Shown here one piece after another: positions 1-10,735 of a stretch of DNA of 27,964 nucleotides. Under the pieces are notes generated by a model. The model had not been told where the DNA came from. It worked only from the letters and a program-made list of their open reading frames with translations, and did not search any database. This DNA is from Octopus sinensis (lineage: Eukaryota). Made by a program: the position numbers and the translations under genes. The stretch is from the NCBI RefSeq assembly GCF_006345805.1, contig NW_021827557.1:1-27964 (forward strand). Reading direction: 5' to 3'. The stretch's first letter is position 1; every line of letters begins with the position of its first letter.

Positions 1-485
1 ACTTCTTTCACCTTTTCTTCTCTTTCTTTTCTTTTCTTGTTTCACACTTTTCACTTTTTTCTTCTCTTTTTATTATAAGTTTTTGTCTTTTTTCTTTTTT
101 TCTTTTCCTCTTATTTTCTCTTCCTGTCTTCATTTTGACCTATCTCCTCATTCTTATTACACACATCTCTCCCAGCCCCATCTGTCTGCAAATACTACAT
201 TCCCAAATTTTCCTTCACACATTCGAATGGGCAAGACAGAATCCACGGCTCTATATATTTAGAAATGACTAATCATAAACTACTATTGGGACTTACATAC
301 CATGTACATGAAACTTTTTTACCCCTTCTATACACCCTTTTAATCAACTAATAGAAGTGCAACTACACTGTTTTATATTATATTTCTACTTTCATTCTCT
401 TATTTTCCTGTATATTCCCTATCTCCTCATTTTCCATAATAATTCCTTATTTCGAACTCAAACATTTACCTTTATTTAACCATTT

Positions 486-541
486 CATCGTCTCTGATGA
501 AGGGATATCCATAATATACCAGAAACAGCTGTTACACTATG
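486..541 (+). ncRNA. Degenerate minimal type I hammerhead ribozyme motif (Penelope-like element pLTR type)
   Basis: Sequence reads CATCGTCT-CTGATGA-AGGGATATCCATAATATACCA-GAAAC-AGCT-GTT-ACACTATG. The CUGANGA core is at 494-500 and GAAA at 522-525. Stem III is palindromic (ACAGCTGT), the cleavage triplet is GUU, stem I pairs 6/8 and stem II has 2 mismatches. Confidence 0.55.
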
Positions 542-611
542 TCTATATCTCGTTCCTTATAAATATCATGAAAACGTTTTACTGCATTGGCTTTGTTACC
601 TCTTTTTGTCT

Positions 612-642
<31 letters not shown>

Positions 643-1090
643 TTATACAAGACCGATATTAAGCTCCCCACTCGTATCACTAACGAAACAAGAGTTTAAC
701 TATGGTCCGTCTATAACACTTACATAGTGTTACCTGCCACTCTTTGGGTCTTCTAGATACCAATACCATTCATATATATATATATATATATAGATACATA
801 CAAACACAGACACACACACAGATATATATCTTAAAGATTATTTCCTTATTTCCCAACATGACATAGAATTGTTGTCTAGGATGAATATTATTGCTCATCG
901 TCTCCAGCTGACACACAATCTGTCTCCTTATATTTTCGAACAAGAAGATTTAGCATTCCCACTCACCACAAAGCAATATCTTTGTTTCGCCTTTTCTATG
1001 ATATTTTTCGTCATCAGCACAATAACGGTTCGGATAGGGGTGGTGTTGCTAAATTCACCATGTGGTTTTAAGTAGAAACAGTAAATGATG

Positions 1091-1130
<40 letters not shown>

Positions 1131-1160
1131 AAGGTTTGGAGGTGATGTACAGGTATTGTA

Positions 1161-1404
1161 TATTAGAAGAAGGTACTCAGAAATCTGCTTGGTTATATAT
1201 TTACGAACTCTAGTAATATGTCACATGTTTTTATAAATGATATATTAGCGCTTGCATCAACTCTACCGGATTCTTCAGAATCTGAAGAATCCAGTAGAGT
1301 GGATGCAAGCGCTCTATATGAGTTATAAAATCATGTGACATATTAATAAAAAATCTGTAAATATAAAACCAACCAGATTTCTGAGTATTTTATTTCTTCT
1401 AATA
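1161..1404. repeat. ~244-bp imperfect palindrome (foldback / inverted duplication) centred on 1280
   Basis: 1248-1279 and 1281-1312 are reverse complements at 30/32 positions. Arm homology continues out to TATTAGAAGAAG (1161) and TTCTTCTAATA (1404). Confidence 0.9.
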
Positions 1405-1810
1405 TATATATATATACTTCCGGCTTCGTAGAGTAAACACGTGTTGTCTTGCTCTGCGATAAAAAACAAGAAGGGTTGCATAAAAGTCGACGAAATAATT
1501 TGGCGAACACTCACAAAAAACGTAGAAATTGTTACCTTATAGACGTGTACTTGGATATTTTGTTTAAAAACCGCAATATATTTTGCCACAAGTCAAGTAT
1601 TGTTCACTTGTGCTCGCAACACATACAAGATTTCTTCCTGTCGAAAAAGTACATGGTGGAATCTTCTAAATTTATTTCCAGTCGACTCAAATAGCAAAAG
1701 GAACCGTTTTCTTTTTCTTCCCTTGAAAAAAAACCTCTTCGTATACCTTTAATAAGATAAGTACTCGAATTCTTGTTTATATTTCCGCAATAACCTATCG
1801 TAAATTCTTG

Positions 1811-2090
1811 TTTTACCGTAAATTCCGTTATATCTATTCTATATATATTATTTGTTACTCTGTTTATATATGTGTGTGCGCACATGTGTGTATATATCTG
1901 TATGTATATGTATATGTGTATGTTAGAAGTATAGTCGCAGTTAGTTTTATTTTACCGTTAATTCCGTTATATCTATTCTATATATATTATTTGTTACTCT
2001 GTTTATATGTGTGTATGCGCACATGTGTATATATATATCTGTATGTATATGTATATGTGTGTGTTAGAAGTATAGTCGCAATTAGTTTTA
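1811..2090. repeat. Tandem duplication, two ~140-bp units
   Basis: The unit TTTTACCGT...GTTAGAAGTATAGTCGCA.TTAGTTTTA occurs at 1811-1949 and 1950-2090. Confidence 0.9.
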
Positions 2091-2340
2091 TTTTAGAAGA
2101 CATCGTCTGTAGCGACGGACAAATATATATTTCCTTTTCCCTTTTTCTCTGCTTAAATTCTGTAAAATCTCTTGGCTTGTTTTCTTTTAGCTGTTTTATT
2201 ATTATTATTATTGTTTCTTTATATACTCATTTGTCACTCTTGTTTATATATGTGCATGTGCACACGTGTGTATATATGTGTATGTATATGTATGTATACA
2301 TGTGTATGTGTGTGTACAAATAGCTTCGTATAGAATTCTT

Positions 2341-2561
2341 CCCTCTCTGTCTGTCTCTTCAGTTCTCTCCCTCACGCTTCTCCTTGTCTCTTCATTACTC
2401 TCTTCTATCTTACTCTCCTCTTTCAGATATATATATCTTACTCTCCTCTTTCAGATATATATATTCTTTCTCTATTTCTTCCCTCTCTCTCTGTCTCTTC
2501 AGTTCGCTCCCTCACGCTTCTCCTTGTCTCTTCATTACTCTCTTCTACCTTACTCTCCTCT
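2341..2561. repeat. CT-rich low-complexity duplication (~80-bp copies starting at 2341 and 2481)
   Basis: CTGTCTCTTCAGTTC.CTCCCTCACGCTTCTCCTTGTCTCTTCATTACTCTCTTCTA.CTTACTCTCCTCT is present twice. Confidence 0.85.
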
Positions 2562-2787
2562 CTCAGCTCTCAATCTCTCTCTAAGGACATAGACGCTTTC
2601 TCTCTCTTCCTTCAGCTCCCAGTCTCTCCTCTTCCTCTTCTCTCTTACTCTCTTCTTTTGACTCCCAATCTCTCCTTAAGTACATAGACGCTCTCTTTCT
2701 CTATTTCCTCCCTACCCCCTATTGCACTATTAGATTAATATAAATTAATATTATTAGATAGATAGATAGATAGATAAAATATCAAGA

Positions 2788-3678
2788 ATGTCCAGAACCT
2801 GGAAACGTGACGAATTGGCGTGGTTCCTGCGAGGATGGCAATGCGCTGACGGAGAAAACCCAAATAACATAATTACGGCTGCGCTGAAGAACAACGGATA
2901 CAAAAGGACGTCAGCTCAAATAGAGCGGAAGAAGCAAGAATTTATACGCTCCTACGCACTTGTCAGATCGCACATTAACACGCTGGATGCCATTTTTGAC
3001 AGCGAAAAACGCGAACAAAGTAAAGATGGCAAGGATGGAGACGCGGGCGCTGATGAGGAGGGTCACCCCCACCTGGTAGACGCCCAGGAAGAAAACTCCA
3101 GTGAGAGGCCTGCCCGGGAGGTGAACCCAGGTGCGGATGCTCCTACCGGCACCAAAAGCCATGGACATGGAGATGAAAGAACCAAAAAAGGAGGAAAAAC
3201 TGAAGCTAAAACTCAGACAAAGCCAAGGGGCAAGGCAGCCAGGGATAGAGGCAAACCTAACTATCCAGATGCCAAAAAGGATGGAAACAAGCAGCGCACA
3301 CGGGTATGTAGGTTCTACCTGAAAGGTGCCTTCCGGCATGGAGAGGAAGGTGCAGGCTGCCGTTTTGCACATCCGGGACCCTGCCGCAGAAACCAACCAC
3401 CGAAAGGAAATGGGATGGACCACGCATCACCTGCCCCAAAACGGAGGTACGCAGATGTGGTGCGTGCCACAAACCACCAACGTGTTGTTGAAAGGGCAGC
3501 TGCTGAGCAAGAATCTTTTTTGTGCATGGCACAAAAGATTGTACATCAGCTAACCTGGCTCCATCAAACTCAAGCTCGCAGATGTAACTACCCACAGTTC
3601 ACAAGACCGCCACAGCAGATGGACCCAGGGTGGACACCACCGGTAACAGCATACACCTCACCTCGATGCTCCTACTGA
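2788..3678 (+). CDS. CR1 ORF1 protein (296 aa) with Myb/SANT-like N-terminus and a degenerate CCCH zinc finger
   Basis: Open 296-aa ORF directly upstream of, and overlapping by 13 nt, the ORF2 ATG at 3666. It contains WKRDELAWFL...RTSAQIERK and CRFYLKGA(F)RHGEEGAGCRFAH, where the second Cys codon reads TTC. Confidence 0.75.
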   Translation: MSRTWKRDELAWFLRGWQCADGENPNNIITAALKNNGYKRTSAQIERKKQEFIRSYALVRSHINTLDAIFDSEKREQSKDGKDGDAGADEEGHPHLVDAQEENSSERPAREVNPGADAPTGTKSHGHGDERTKKGGKTEAKTQTKPRGKAARDRGKPNYPDAKKDGNKQRTRVCRFYLKGAFRHGEEGAGCRFAHPGPCRRNQPPKGNGMDHASPAPKRRYADVVRATNHQRVVERAAAEQESFLCMAQKIVHQLTWLHQTQARRCNYPQFTRPPQQMDPGWTPPVTAYTSPRCSY

Positions 3679-6600
3679 ACATCAGAGGACTACTAACACA
3701 CAGTAACAGGACAAAAGTCCCGTTCTTGAGAGACTTTGTCGCATGCAATCAAGCCTTATGCATAGCACTCACGGAAACGCACCTGAAACCGGACATAGCA
3801 GATGCGGAACTACACATACCACAGTATGTTGTACTACGGACCGACAGAAACGAAAGGAGTCATGGAGGAGTTGCTATGTACATCCGTGAGGACCTCACAC
3901 CCCAGGTCCTTTTGTCATACTCAAACTCGGTGTGTGACACACTAATTGTACACATAAGGCAACTTGATGTAGTTGTGTGTGCTACATATCGCCCTCCAGA
4001 TGCCCCAAGCCATATGGGCAAGTTTGAGGACTGCCTTTTAAAAATAGAAGAAGTTCTAATCACATTAGAACAACACATAAGTGTACTTCTCATGGGAGAC
4101 TTCAATCTACCCAATGTCAGATGGCCCGAGGGCCTTTCTCTCCCAGGAATGACAAGATGTGAACGAGGACAGGCGAGGTCCTTCCTGAACCTCATCAACA
4201 CCCTGTACATGGAGCAAGTAATACTCCAACCAACCAGGGCAGGTAACACACTGGATCTCTGCTTCACAAATAATATGGATCTCATCCATAATGTGAAAGT
4301 GACACCGACACTACTCTCGGATCACAACATGGTAGAGCTGACCATGTACGGGCCAAAAGAAAGCACGGACATGCAGCCTACAAGAAACCCTCAGAATCTT
4401 TCCAGCTTGAACTTCAATAAGGCAAACTGGAAACAAATTGAGAAAGAGATCCTCAAACAAAACTGGCCTGAATGTCTCTCCTCGCCGGACATCGACACGA
4501 TACTTCAACAATTCATGTCTGTAATGCAAGCCATATGCTACAAATGTGTCCCAGAGAGAAAGGCCACTGTACACAAGAACAAAATCCCCAGAGAGAGGAA
4601 AATTTTTATGAGACGGCGTACAAAAATTTCAAATCGCCTAAACAAACAAATTGAAAGCAGTGAAAAGTCCCGCCTGAAAATAAAACTGTTGGAAATTGAA
4701 AATTGTCTGCAACTCTCCCATGAGAAGGAAAGAGCAGACAAAGAAGCCTGGGCTATAGACAACATAAAAACTAACCCCAGACCTTTCTACAGGTATGCCA
4801 AAGAAACAGCTACGATGCACTGTAGGATAGGACCACTCCTTGAAAAGGATGGCACACTCACAGGAAAACCAATGAGGGTAAGTGAAATACTGAATGAACA
4901 ATTCAAGAGTGTTTTCACTCCACCCCTTGGGCATTTCCAAATCAGCAATCCAACTGACTTCTTTACCACTGCAGATATAGAATCAGAGGCGGCGACGATA
5001 AATTACATCGATTACAAAAATTACAAAATTACAAAAATTAAAAAATATTTTTGTTGTTTTTGTAAAATCTCAGAAAATAATTAAAAATTCACATTTTTAA
5101 AGGAAGACGATGTAATAAAGGCTATAGATGAAATGAAAACAGACTCAGCTATTGGCCCCGATGGATTCCCGGCAATCCTCCTAAAAGTATGTAAGAGAGT
5201 CCTAGCAAGACCACTGCAGTTCCTCTTTCAGAGCTTCCTTGCAGCTGGCAAACTTCCAAGAAAACTGGAGGAAGGTAAAATATGCCCTATTCACAAAGGA
5301 GGTAGCAGAGCGGAGGCCAAGAACTACAGACCTATCTCTCTCACCTCACACATCAGCAAGGTTATGGAACGAATAGTCAGAAGGAAACTAATCACCTTCC
5401 TTGAAGAAAATGACTTGCTGCCTGACACCCAACATGGTTTCCGACCAGGAAGAAGCTGCTTAACTCAGCTCCTGCAGCACTATGACTGGGTGCTGAAACA
5501 ACTGCTCAACCACTCAAATGTGGAAGTCATATATCTCGACTTCGCAAAGGCCTTCGATAAAGTCGATCATGGAATGATATGTCACAAACTGCGTGATCTT
5601 GGCATAGTTGGAAAACTAGGAGAATGGCTTCATGACTTTCTGAAGAATAGAAGTCAGGTGGTAGCAGCCAATGGGGCCACTTCCATTAGCACGCAAATAG
5701 TGAGCGGTGTTCCGCAGGGCACTGTTTTGGGACCACTACTGTTCATAATGGTCCTCTCAGACATGCCCTCAGCCACGCAGAGAGCCACGATCACAAGTTA
5801 TGCAGATGATACAAAAGTTTCACAGGCAATACAGAACCCTGAAGACACTAAGCACCTGCAATGTGAGCTGGACGAAATTTACAAGTGGGCTGAAAAGAAT
5901 AGCATGCAGTTCAATGCTGAAAAGTTTCAAGCTTTATACTATCAGCATGCAAAACTGAATGCAATACCCAATGAATACACTGGACCCGGAGGGATTGCAA
6001 TCCCAGAGGCACAATCAGTGCGTGACCTGGGTATTCACATGAGTGATGACGCGACCTTTCATGTACATGTTGCTAAACTGACAATGAAATGTAGACGGCT
6101 GACTGGCTGGATTCTTAGAACCTTTAGAACAAGAGAACAAGAAACCATGATGGTCCTCTGGAAGACACTTGTCCTAAGCCACTTTGACTATTGCTCTCAG
6201 CTATGGTCACCATCCAGTGTCAAGTTGATCACAGAACTTGAGGCGATCCAACGAAGCTACACGAAGAAGATAGCCTCTGTGCAGCATATGAGCTACTGGG
6301 AGAGACTCAAGAGATTAAAGCTCTATTCCCTGGAGTGTAGGCGAGAAAGATATGCCATAATATATATCTGGAAGATCCTGGAAGGTCTTGTCCCAGACTT
6401 TGGCATCGAGAGTCACACAAATGCCAGAACCGGACGCCACTGCGTAGTACCAAGGACTCCAAATTTGCCATCATGATGTAGGACAAGATATTGTGATAGC
6501 CTGGGCTTCAGAGGCCCACGGCTCTTCAATATCCTCCCGAAGAACCTGAGGGACCTGCATGGTGTAGATGCGGATGTCTTTAAAGTAGGACTGGATCTCT

Positions 6601-6710
6601 TCCTGTCAGGTGTCCCGGATGAACCAACTTCACGGTAGGAGGTGCAGATGAGGGCAGCTGCTTTGAACTCTCTCATGCATCAGATGGCGTTTGCTAAAAA
6701 GCATCCGTGA
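3666..6710 (+). pseudogene. CR1 ORF2 (APE endonuclease + reverse transcriptase), disabled
   Basis: EN motifs NIRGL, LTETHL, YRPP, GDFN, TLDL and SDHN are present, as are RT motifs YLDFAKAFDKVDH, GVPQGTVLGPLLF and YADD. One frame is kept throughout. It is broken by an ~84-bp insert containing TAA (5082-5084), by TGA at 6474-6476 and by TAG at 6636-6638. The final TGA is at 6708-6710. Confidence 0.93.
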
Positions 6711-6802
6711 GGTAAAACCGTGTAGCAAACCAAATGGCGGTGCCCCCAGCATGACCACAGCTCATTAGCTGAAACTGGAAAAATCAAAATCAAAATCAAA
6801 TC

Positions 6803-6818
6803 ATATATATATATATAC

Positions 6819-6860
<42 letters not shown>
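6803..6860. repeat. (TA)n/(TG)n microsatellite
   Basis: Direct reading of the sequence. Confidence 0.95.
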
Positions 6861-6863
<3 letters not shown>

Positions 6864-6939
6864 ATGTACATACATGTATATGTATGCATACGTTCATTCA
6901 TATATATACATATATGTGCCTGTGCACGCACGCGTAAAA

Positions 6940-7560
6940 GCGGGCACTTCTTCATCCATAGCAAATCGACGACCACATAAAGGATGTTTGAGTGGTCCAA
7001 AGAATTAATGTTGGAAAGGGCGTGATCTGGAGTGTATGCGGTGTGTTGCAGCAACTCGAAGCCCAATTTTTCAATGGATTCGACGGTGTTCATAGACCTC
7101 GGTATTTGTTGCAAATTGATGAATCCGGTCTCAGATTTCTGGGTAGCATTTCTCTGCCGCCTACACAGGTGACTGTACATCTTTCTTTTCCAAGTAATGT
7201 CCCAATACAAGTATTCTTGCGTCCCAAGAACCGGTCAGCATCTGTTATTTTGCAGAAGGTTGAATCCTAAATTTCATTTTCGCTCCATATTATGCCTCCT
7301 GGATACTGGTTTAAAGTGATAGACCGAGGTTTCATTTCTTGTGATTATTCTCTCAATAAAAGCTTCGTCTTCGTCGTTATAGCGGTTGAATAAGCGTTGG
7401 CAGATCTCTATACGATTGCACCTATGCATCCATCTTGCACAAACTTTACAGAAGGAAAGATAGTGGTGGATTATTTCGTATGCAGAACCAAGCGGAGGTG
7501 GTCTCCGAATTTTTCTATACATGATCAGCTATACCCGATTTGTCAATATCTCCTCGTGTC
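6940..7560 (-). pseudogene. Mariner (Tc1/mariner DD34D-type) transposase remnant
   Basis: Frameshifted fragments: LGSAYEIIHHYLSFCKVCARWMHR (KVCARWVP-like), ERIITRNETSVYHFKP (first catalytic-D motif GDETW, decayed), LGFELLQHTAYTPDHALS (YSPDLAP-like) and FFGPLKHPLCGRRFAMDEEV. No TIRs were found. Confidence 0.85.
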
Positions 7561-7563
7561 ACA

Positions 7564-7640
7564 GCTTTGCGATGTTCCTTTAGGTTAAGAGCGCGGGCTA
7601 CTATCCCCAAGATTCGAAGTTCGAATCTAGGCAGTGACCC

Positions 7641-7700
<60 letters not shown>
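7564..7700 (+). mobile_element. tRNA-derived SINE with (AAT)n tail
   Basis: A-box-like AGGTTAAGAGC and B-box-like AGTTCGAATCT (~7619-7629), followed by (AAT)n at 7642-7700 and (AAC)n. Confidence 0.75.
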
Positions 7701-7704
<4 letters not shown>

Positions 7705-8255
7705 AACAACAACAACAACATCGGTAAAATACCCCAAAATGAAAACCCCGAAACGTTGTGTTAACAACAAACAAGATGCGTACAAATATCCGTGAAATGT
7801 AAATAATGTACATCATTTCTCATCCCTCAAATATAGATCAGCCACAATATTATTAAATCAATACAAGTTTCTACCAATCATAGGGTTTGTCTCTTCTTAA
7901 GTTCAAAGTAAAATGTAAACAAAAATTTTTTTCCATTCTCAAAGAATCAGTAGTGGAGAGGAAACAGTTCAAATTTCACCAACTATTAAAATGTTCTTTC
8001 AATTAACTGTATAATAATTATATACACTATTTGAACGCAAATGAACAAACTTAATTTGAACCGACAGGGCTTGTAACGTGCCGCTGGAACTGTTAAAAAT
8101 AGCAACACTGACCTTCCCGTCAAACCACACATCACCGTCTTAAAAAAGATAGGATGGTCACAGTTGGAACCCCCTTGGTCATCGTCCTGCTTAATCAGGT
8201 CTAAATGAGACTAAGTAACAACAATAACGGGAATAGCATTTTAAACAATACTTAC

Positions 8256-8513
8256 GGTTTCCCATTCGATTGTATATTCTCAGGTGAGATATCTTGTATG
8301 GCTTATCAAACGTCACTTGCCAATATGGGTCTTTTTCTATCTTAGTAAGTGCACATGATTTATGTATGACTCCAGGATCAAAATTGCCGTCAACCGCCTT
8401 GTCGGATGTCATGCCTACATTCCTGTCCATACATGTTCCATTAAAGAAAACTAGTGTTCCTTTCTCTCCATAAGTACTTGATTGATATGTTTGTTTACCT
8501 TCAGCAATATTAA
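8256..8513 (-). CDS. Internal exon (258 nt, phase 1-1) encoding the N-terminal two-thirds of an F-type lectin (fucolectin/FTP) domain
   Basis: Acceptor TTTTCAG (8514-8520) and donor GTAAGT (8255-8250). Translation is (V)NIAEGKQTYQSSTYGEKGTLVFFNGTCMDRNVGMTSDKAVDGNFDPGVIHKSCALTKIEKDPYWQVTFDKPYKISHLRIYNRMGN, carrying the NIA.GK..QSS, AVDGN, PYW.V and IYNR signatures. Confidence 0.88.
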
Positions 8514-8829
8514 CTGAAAAATATAGAAGCCTGAATTAATAATTAGTACAAAGTTGTTTCTTTTTAATATAATTTGAAAGCGTATTTTCTGAATAAGTGA
8601 CATATTTCTATAGCTCCACTTTTCTGTACATAACAATAATAAAAATGTAGTATATACATAAAATATACCAAGTTTGTATCATCCCAAAGTACCAGATGGA
8701 AGATAGCAGTTATAAGACAAACACTTAACATTTATAAACTAAATTTTCATAAAAAATCAGTCGGAGGGGGATGGGATAAACTGATTGTATCAACTTGATA
8801 TAAAAGCAGGTAGTACTTTTACGTTGTCT

Positions 8830-10246
8830 TTATTCTCAGTTTTGAGGAATTTGGTTTGCATTGCAGTTGTATTGTGGTTTAAATATTGTTGTTCTGTTCG
8901 CTGAACACTTTGGTTTTTGCTGCTTTGTGGTGGAGGTGGCAAGGGTGTCGGGGTGCAATGTGGAAGGAAACCAGTGGAGGGACTGTTCAGGGGTGATAAG
9001 GGGGAGGGAGCTAATGTGGAGGCGGCGACCCAAATGAGTATTATCGTTAATGGGATGGAATATGCGGTGGCGTACAAGGCGGTCTAGGTGGAAGCAGAAG
9101 GGATCAACGACGTGAAGAAGAATCGGGTAGAGAAGGCACTGGGGGCGGTCTTGAAGGAAGTCAAATTATGTAATTATGGTAGGTTTGAGCGCGGCAACAG
9201 TCTTAAGGGCTGATGAAGAGGTGATGTTGCCGATGTGTCATGGAAGGCGTTCCGTGGGGGTCAGCGAGGAGTGAGTCCCCCCAGACATCGACGTGGCCTG
9301 GATGGCGACCGCTGTCTTGTTCGGCAGCGACGAGGAGATGGCGGTTCCCCAGGCCACTGGGACGGAAGCATGAGGCTGGAGGGGGCAGTCCCTAAACATG
9401 GTGATGCGGGTATCGAGGGGAGTAGTGGAAGAGTTGCCGGAAGCAGTGGTATTTGACGGTGGCTAGAATTCCCAGACGCTGCAAATGTGGCCAGAAAGGC
9501 CACATTAGAGCACCTGCCTTCTACAAGACAGGGGGAGAGGGAAGGAACCAGCAGGAGAAGGAGTAGCGCCGCCGCCACCAGCGGAGGCGGAGGGCGAGTG
9601 GGTGACACCAGGCAAGAAAAGGAAAAGAAAAAGGAAGAAACCAGGTAAAATAAATATAGAACCTCATCCCCACCCAACACCCTCCCACACCCTTTTCCTC
9701 CCACCCGCTCCCTACAGACACTGAACTTACCCACCACAAAAAATGCAGTCAGACACAAGCCGTTCATCCTCCCCACCTTCCGAAAAAAGAAAAGAAGTAA
9801 CTTTGCTATTATGTAAGATAATACTAATAAGGACCTGCGTAAAGAAATAAAAAAAAGTGGAAAAATATGAGAGTGGTGGACACTTGCAAGTTCGACAACG
9901 AACAAGGATGCCTGTTGTTGGACGAGGAGCAGAGGGAAAAGGTTATAAAATTCAAAGGAGGATTTAAAATGCGGGAAGTCGAACTAGACATTTCAAAGAT
10001 TACCATGGAACATAGATTACACGCAATTACTAAAGGAGTACGCTTTTGATATCTTGAAAGTCACCAAGTACAAAAAGGGAAAATGAATAAAGGTGAAAAT
10101 GAAGTGACTCAGAGGTGGGGGCTGTGAATACTTCATTTCATCTCTCATTTTCATTTTGTCATTCATTGTTACACGCACTTTCGTTCCTTTTTTAATTTCT
10201 TATATGTCCCCACATGTTCTTGTATTGTCCCCTCTATGTCAGCCCC
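8830..10246 (+). mobile_element. L1/Tx1-like unit A: ORF1-only, decayed
   Basis: ORF1 fragments PPDIDVAWMATAVL, LNMVMRVSRGVVEELPE and a knuckle remnant CKCGQKGHIRA (9480-9512). There is no EN or RT before the 3' UTR. The 5' boundary is approximate. Confidence 0.65.
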
Positions 10247-10735
10247 TTTATTCCGAGCACAAGTTTATTTTGTGAGGATTGTTTCGTGTTGAGGATTGTT
10301 TTGTGTTGAGGACTGTGTTGTGCTGCTTTGCAGCAGTTTTTGTGGGGGTGGCGCGATCTTTATTTGGTTACCTGTGACGGATGAGCGAAATGAAGAGTTA
10401 TGCGACAACAACGGGAAGTCAGGGTTCTGTCGTCTTGTGTATGCTGAAACACAATGAACCGCATTGGAATTTAGACTTACTCCAGAAAGATATGGTAAAG
10501 AGGAAGGGGTCGAACACAAAGTTGACCCCACCAGAGGAAAACAAGGTGAAGATGGAAAGCAGATTGATAATTTATAGAACTTTTTCAAAAAAAAAGTAAG
10601 AAACTCGAGAATGCAATGCAGGAGGAGGTGAACGAATGTCTGGAAAAATTAATAGAAAGCATAACGTTTTATACCAAAGGGAAAAATACGCTTCAGTGGC
10701 AGTTACCTTTGTCACAGAAGAGTTGAAAAACTGTT
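10247..10735 (+). mobile_element. L1/Tx1-like unit B1: 5' UTR plus first third of ORF1, 3'-truncated
   Basis: Starts with TTTATTCCGAGCACAAGTTT. 10505-10528 matches unit C 15197-15220 at 23/24 positions. ITFYTKGKNTLQW resembles unit C ISFYTRRR.NTLLW. Confidence 0.6.

Larger units (their letters stand above)
2760..6800 (+). mobile_element. Near full-length CR1-like non-LTR retrotransposon (CR1 copy 1)
   Basis: ORF1 and ORF2 (APE endonuclease plus RT) overlap. A short 3' UTR ends in (AAATC)n-like repeats. The 5' end abuts (GATA)n and the 3' end abuts (TA)n(TG)n. No TSD was identified and the clade assignment is by eye. Confidence 0.9.

Noticed and set aside
1323-1885. Overlapping 81-93-aa ORFs on both strands
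   Set aside because: No recognisable motif. Possibly a decayed TE but unsupported.
1811-2561. Two neighbouring duplications both with ~140-bp period
   Set aside because: Unrelated low-complexity sequences with only two copies each, so the equal period is not distinguishable from coincidence.
1808-2592. ORFs of 66-171 aa rich in Y/V/C/I or S/L
   Set aside because: These are translations of (TA)/(TG) and CT-rich low-complexity repeats.
5013-5096. CR1 insert as a spliceosomal intron
   Set aside because: There are no GT...AG boundaries at the frame-restoring ends on either strand.
7564-7641. tRNA gene
   Set aside because: A/B boxes are present but there is no full cloverleaf or acceptor stem, and the (AAT)n tail indicates a SINE.
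9261-9905. 214-aa minus-strand ORF
   Set aside because: Antisense shadow of the purine-rich Tx1 unit A ORF1, with no domain signature.
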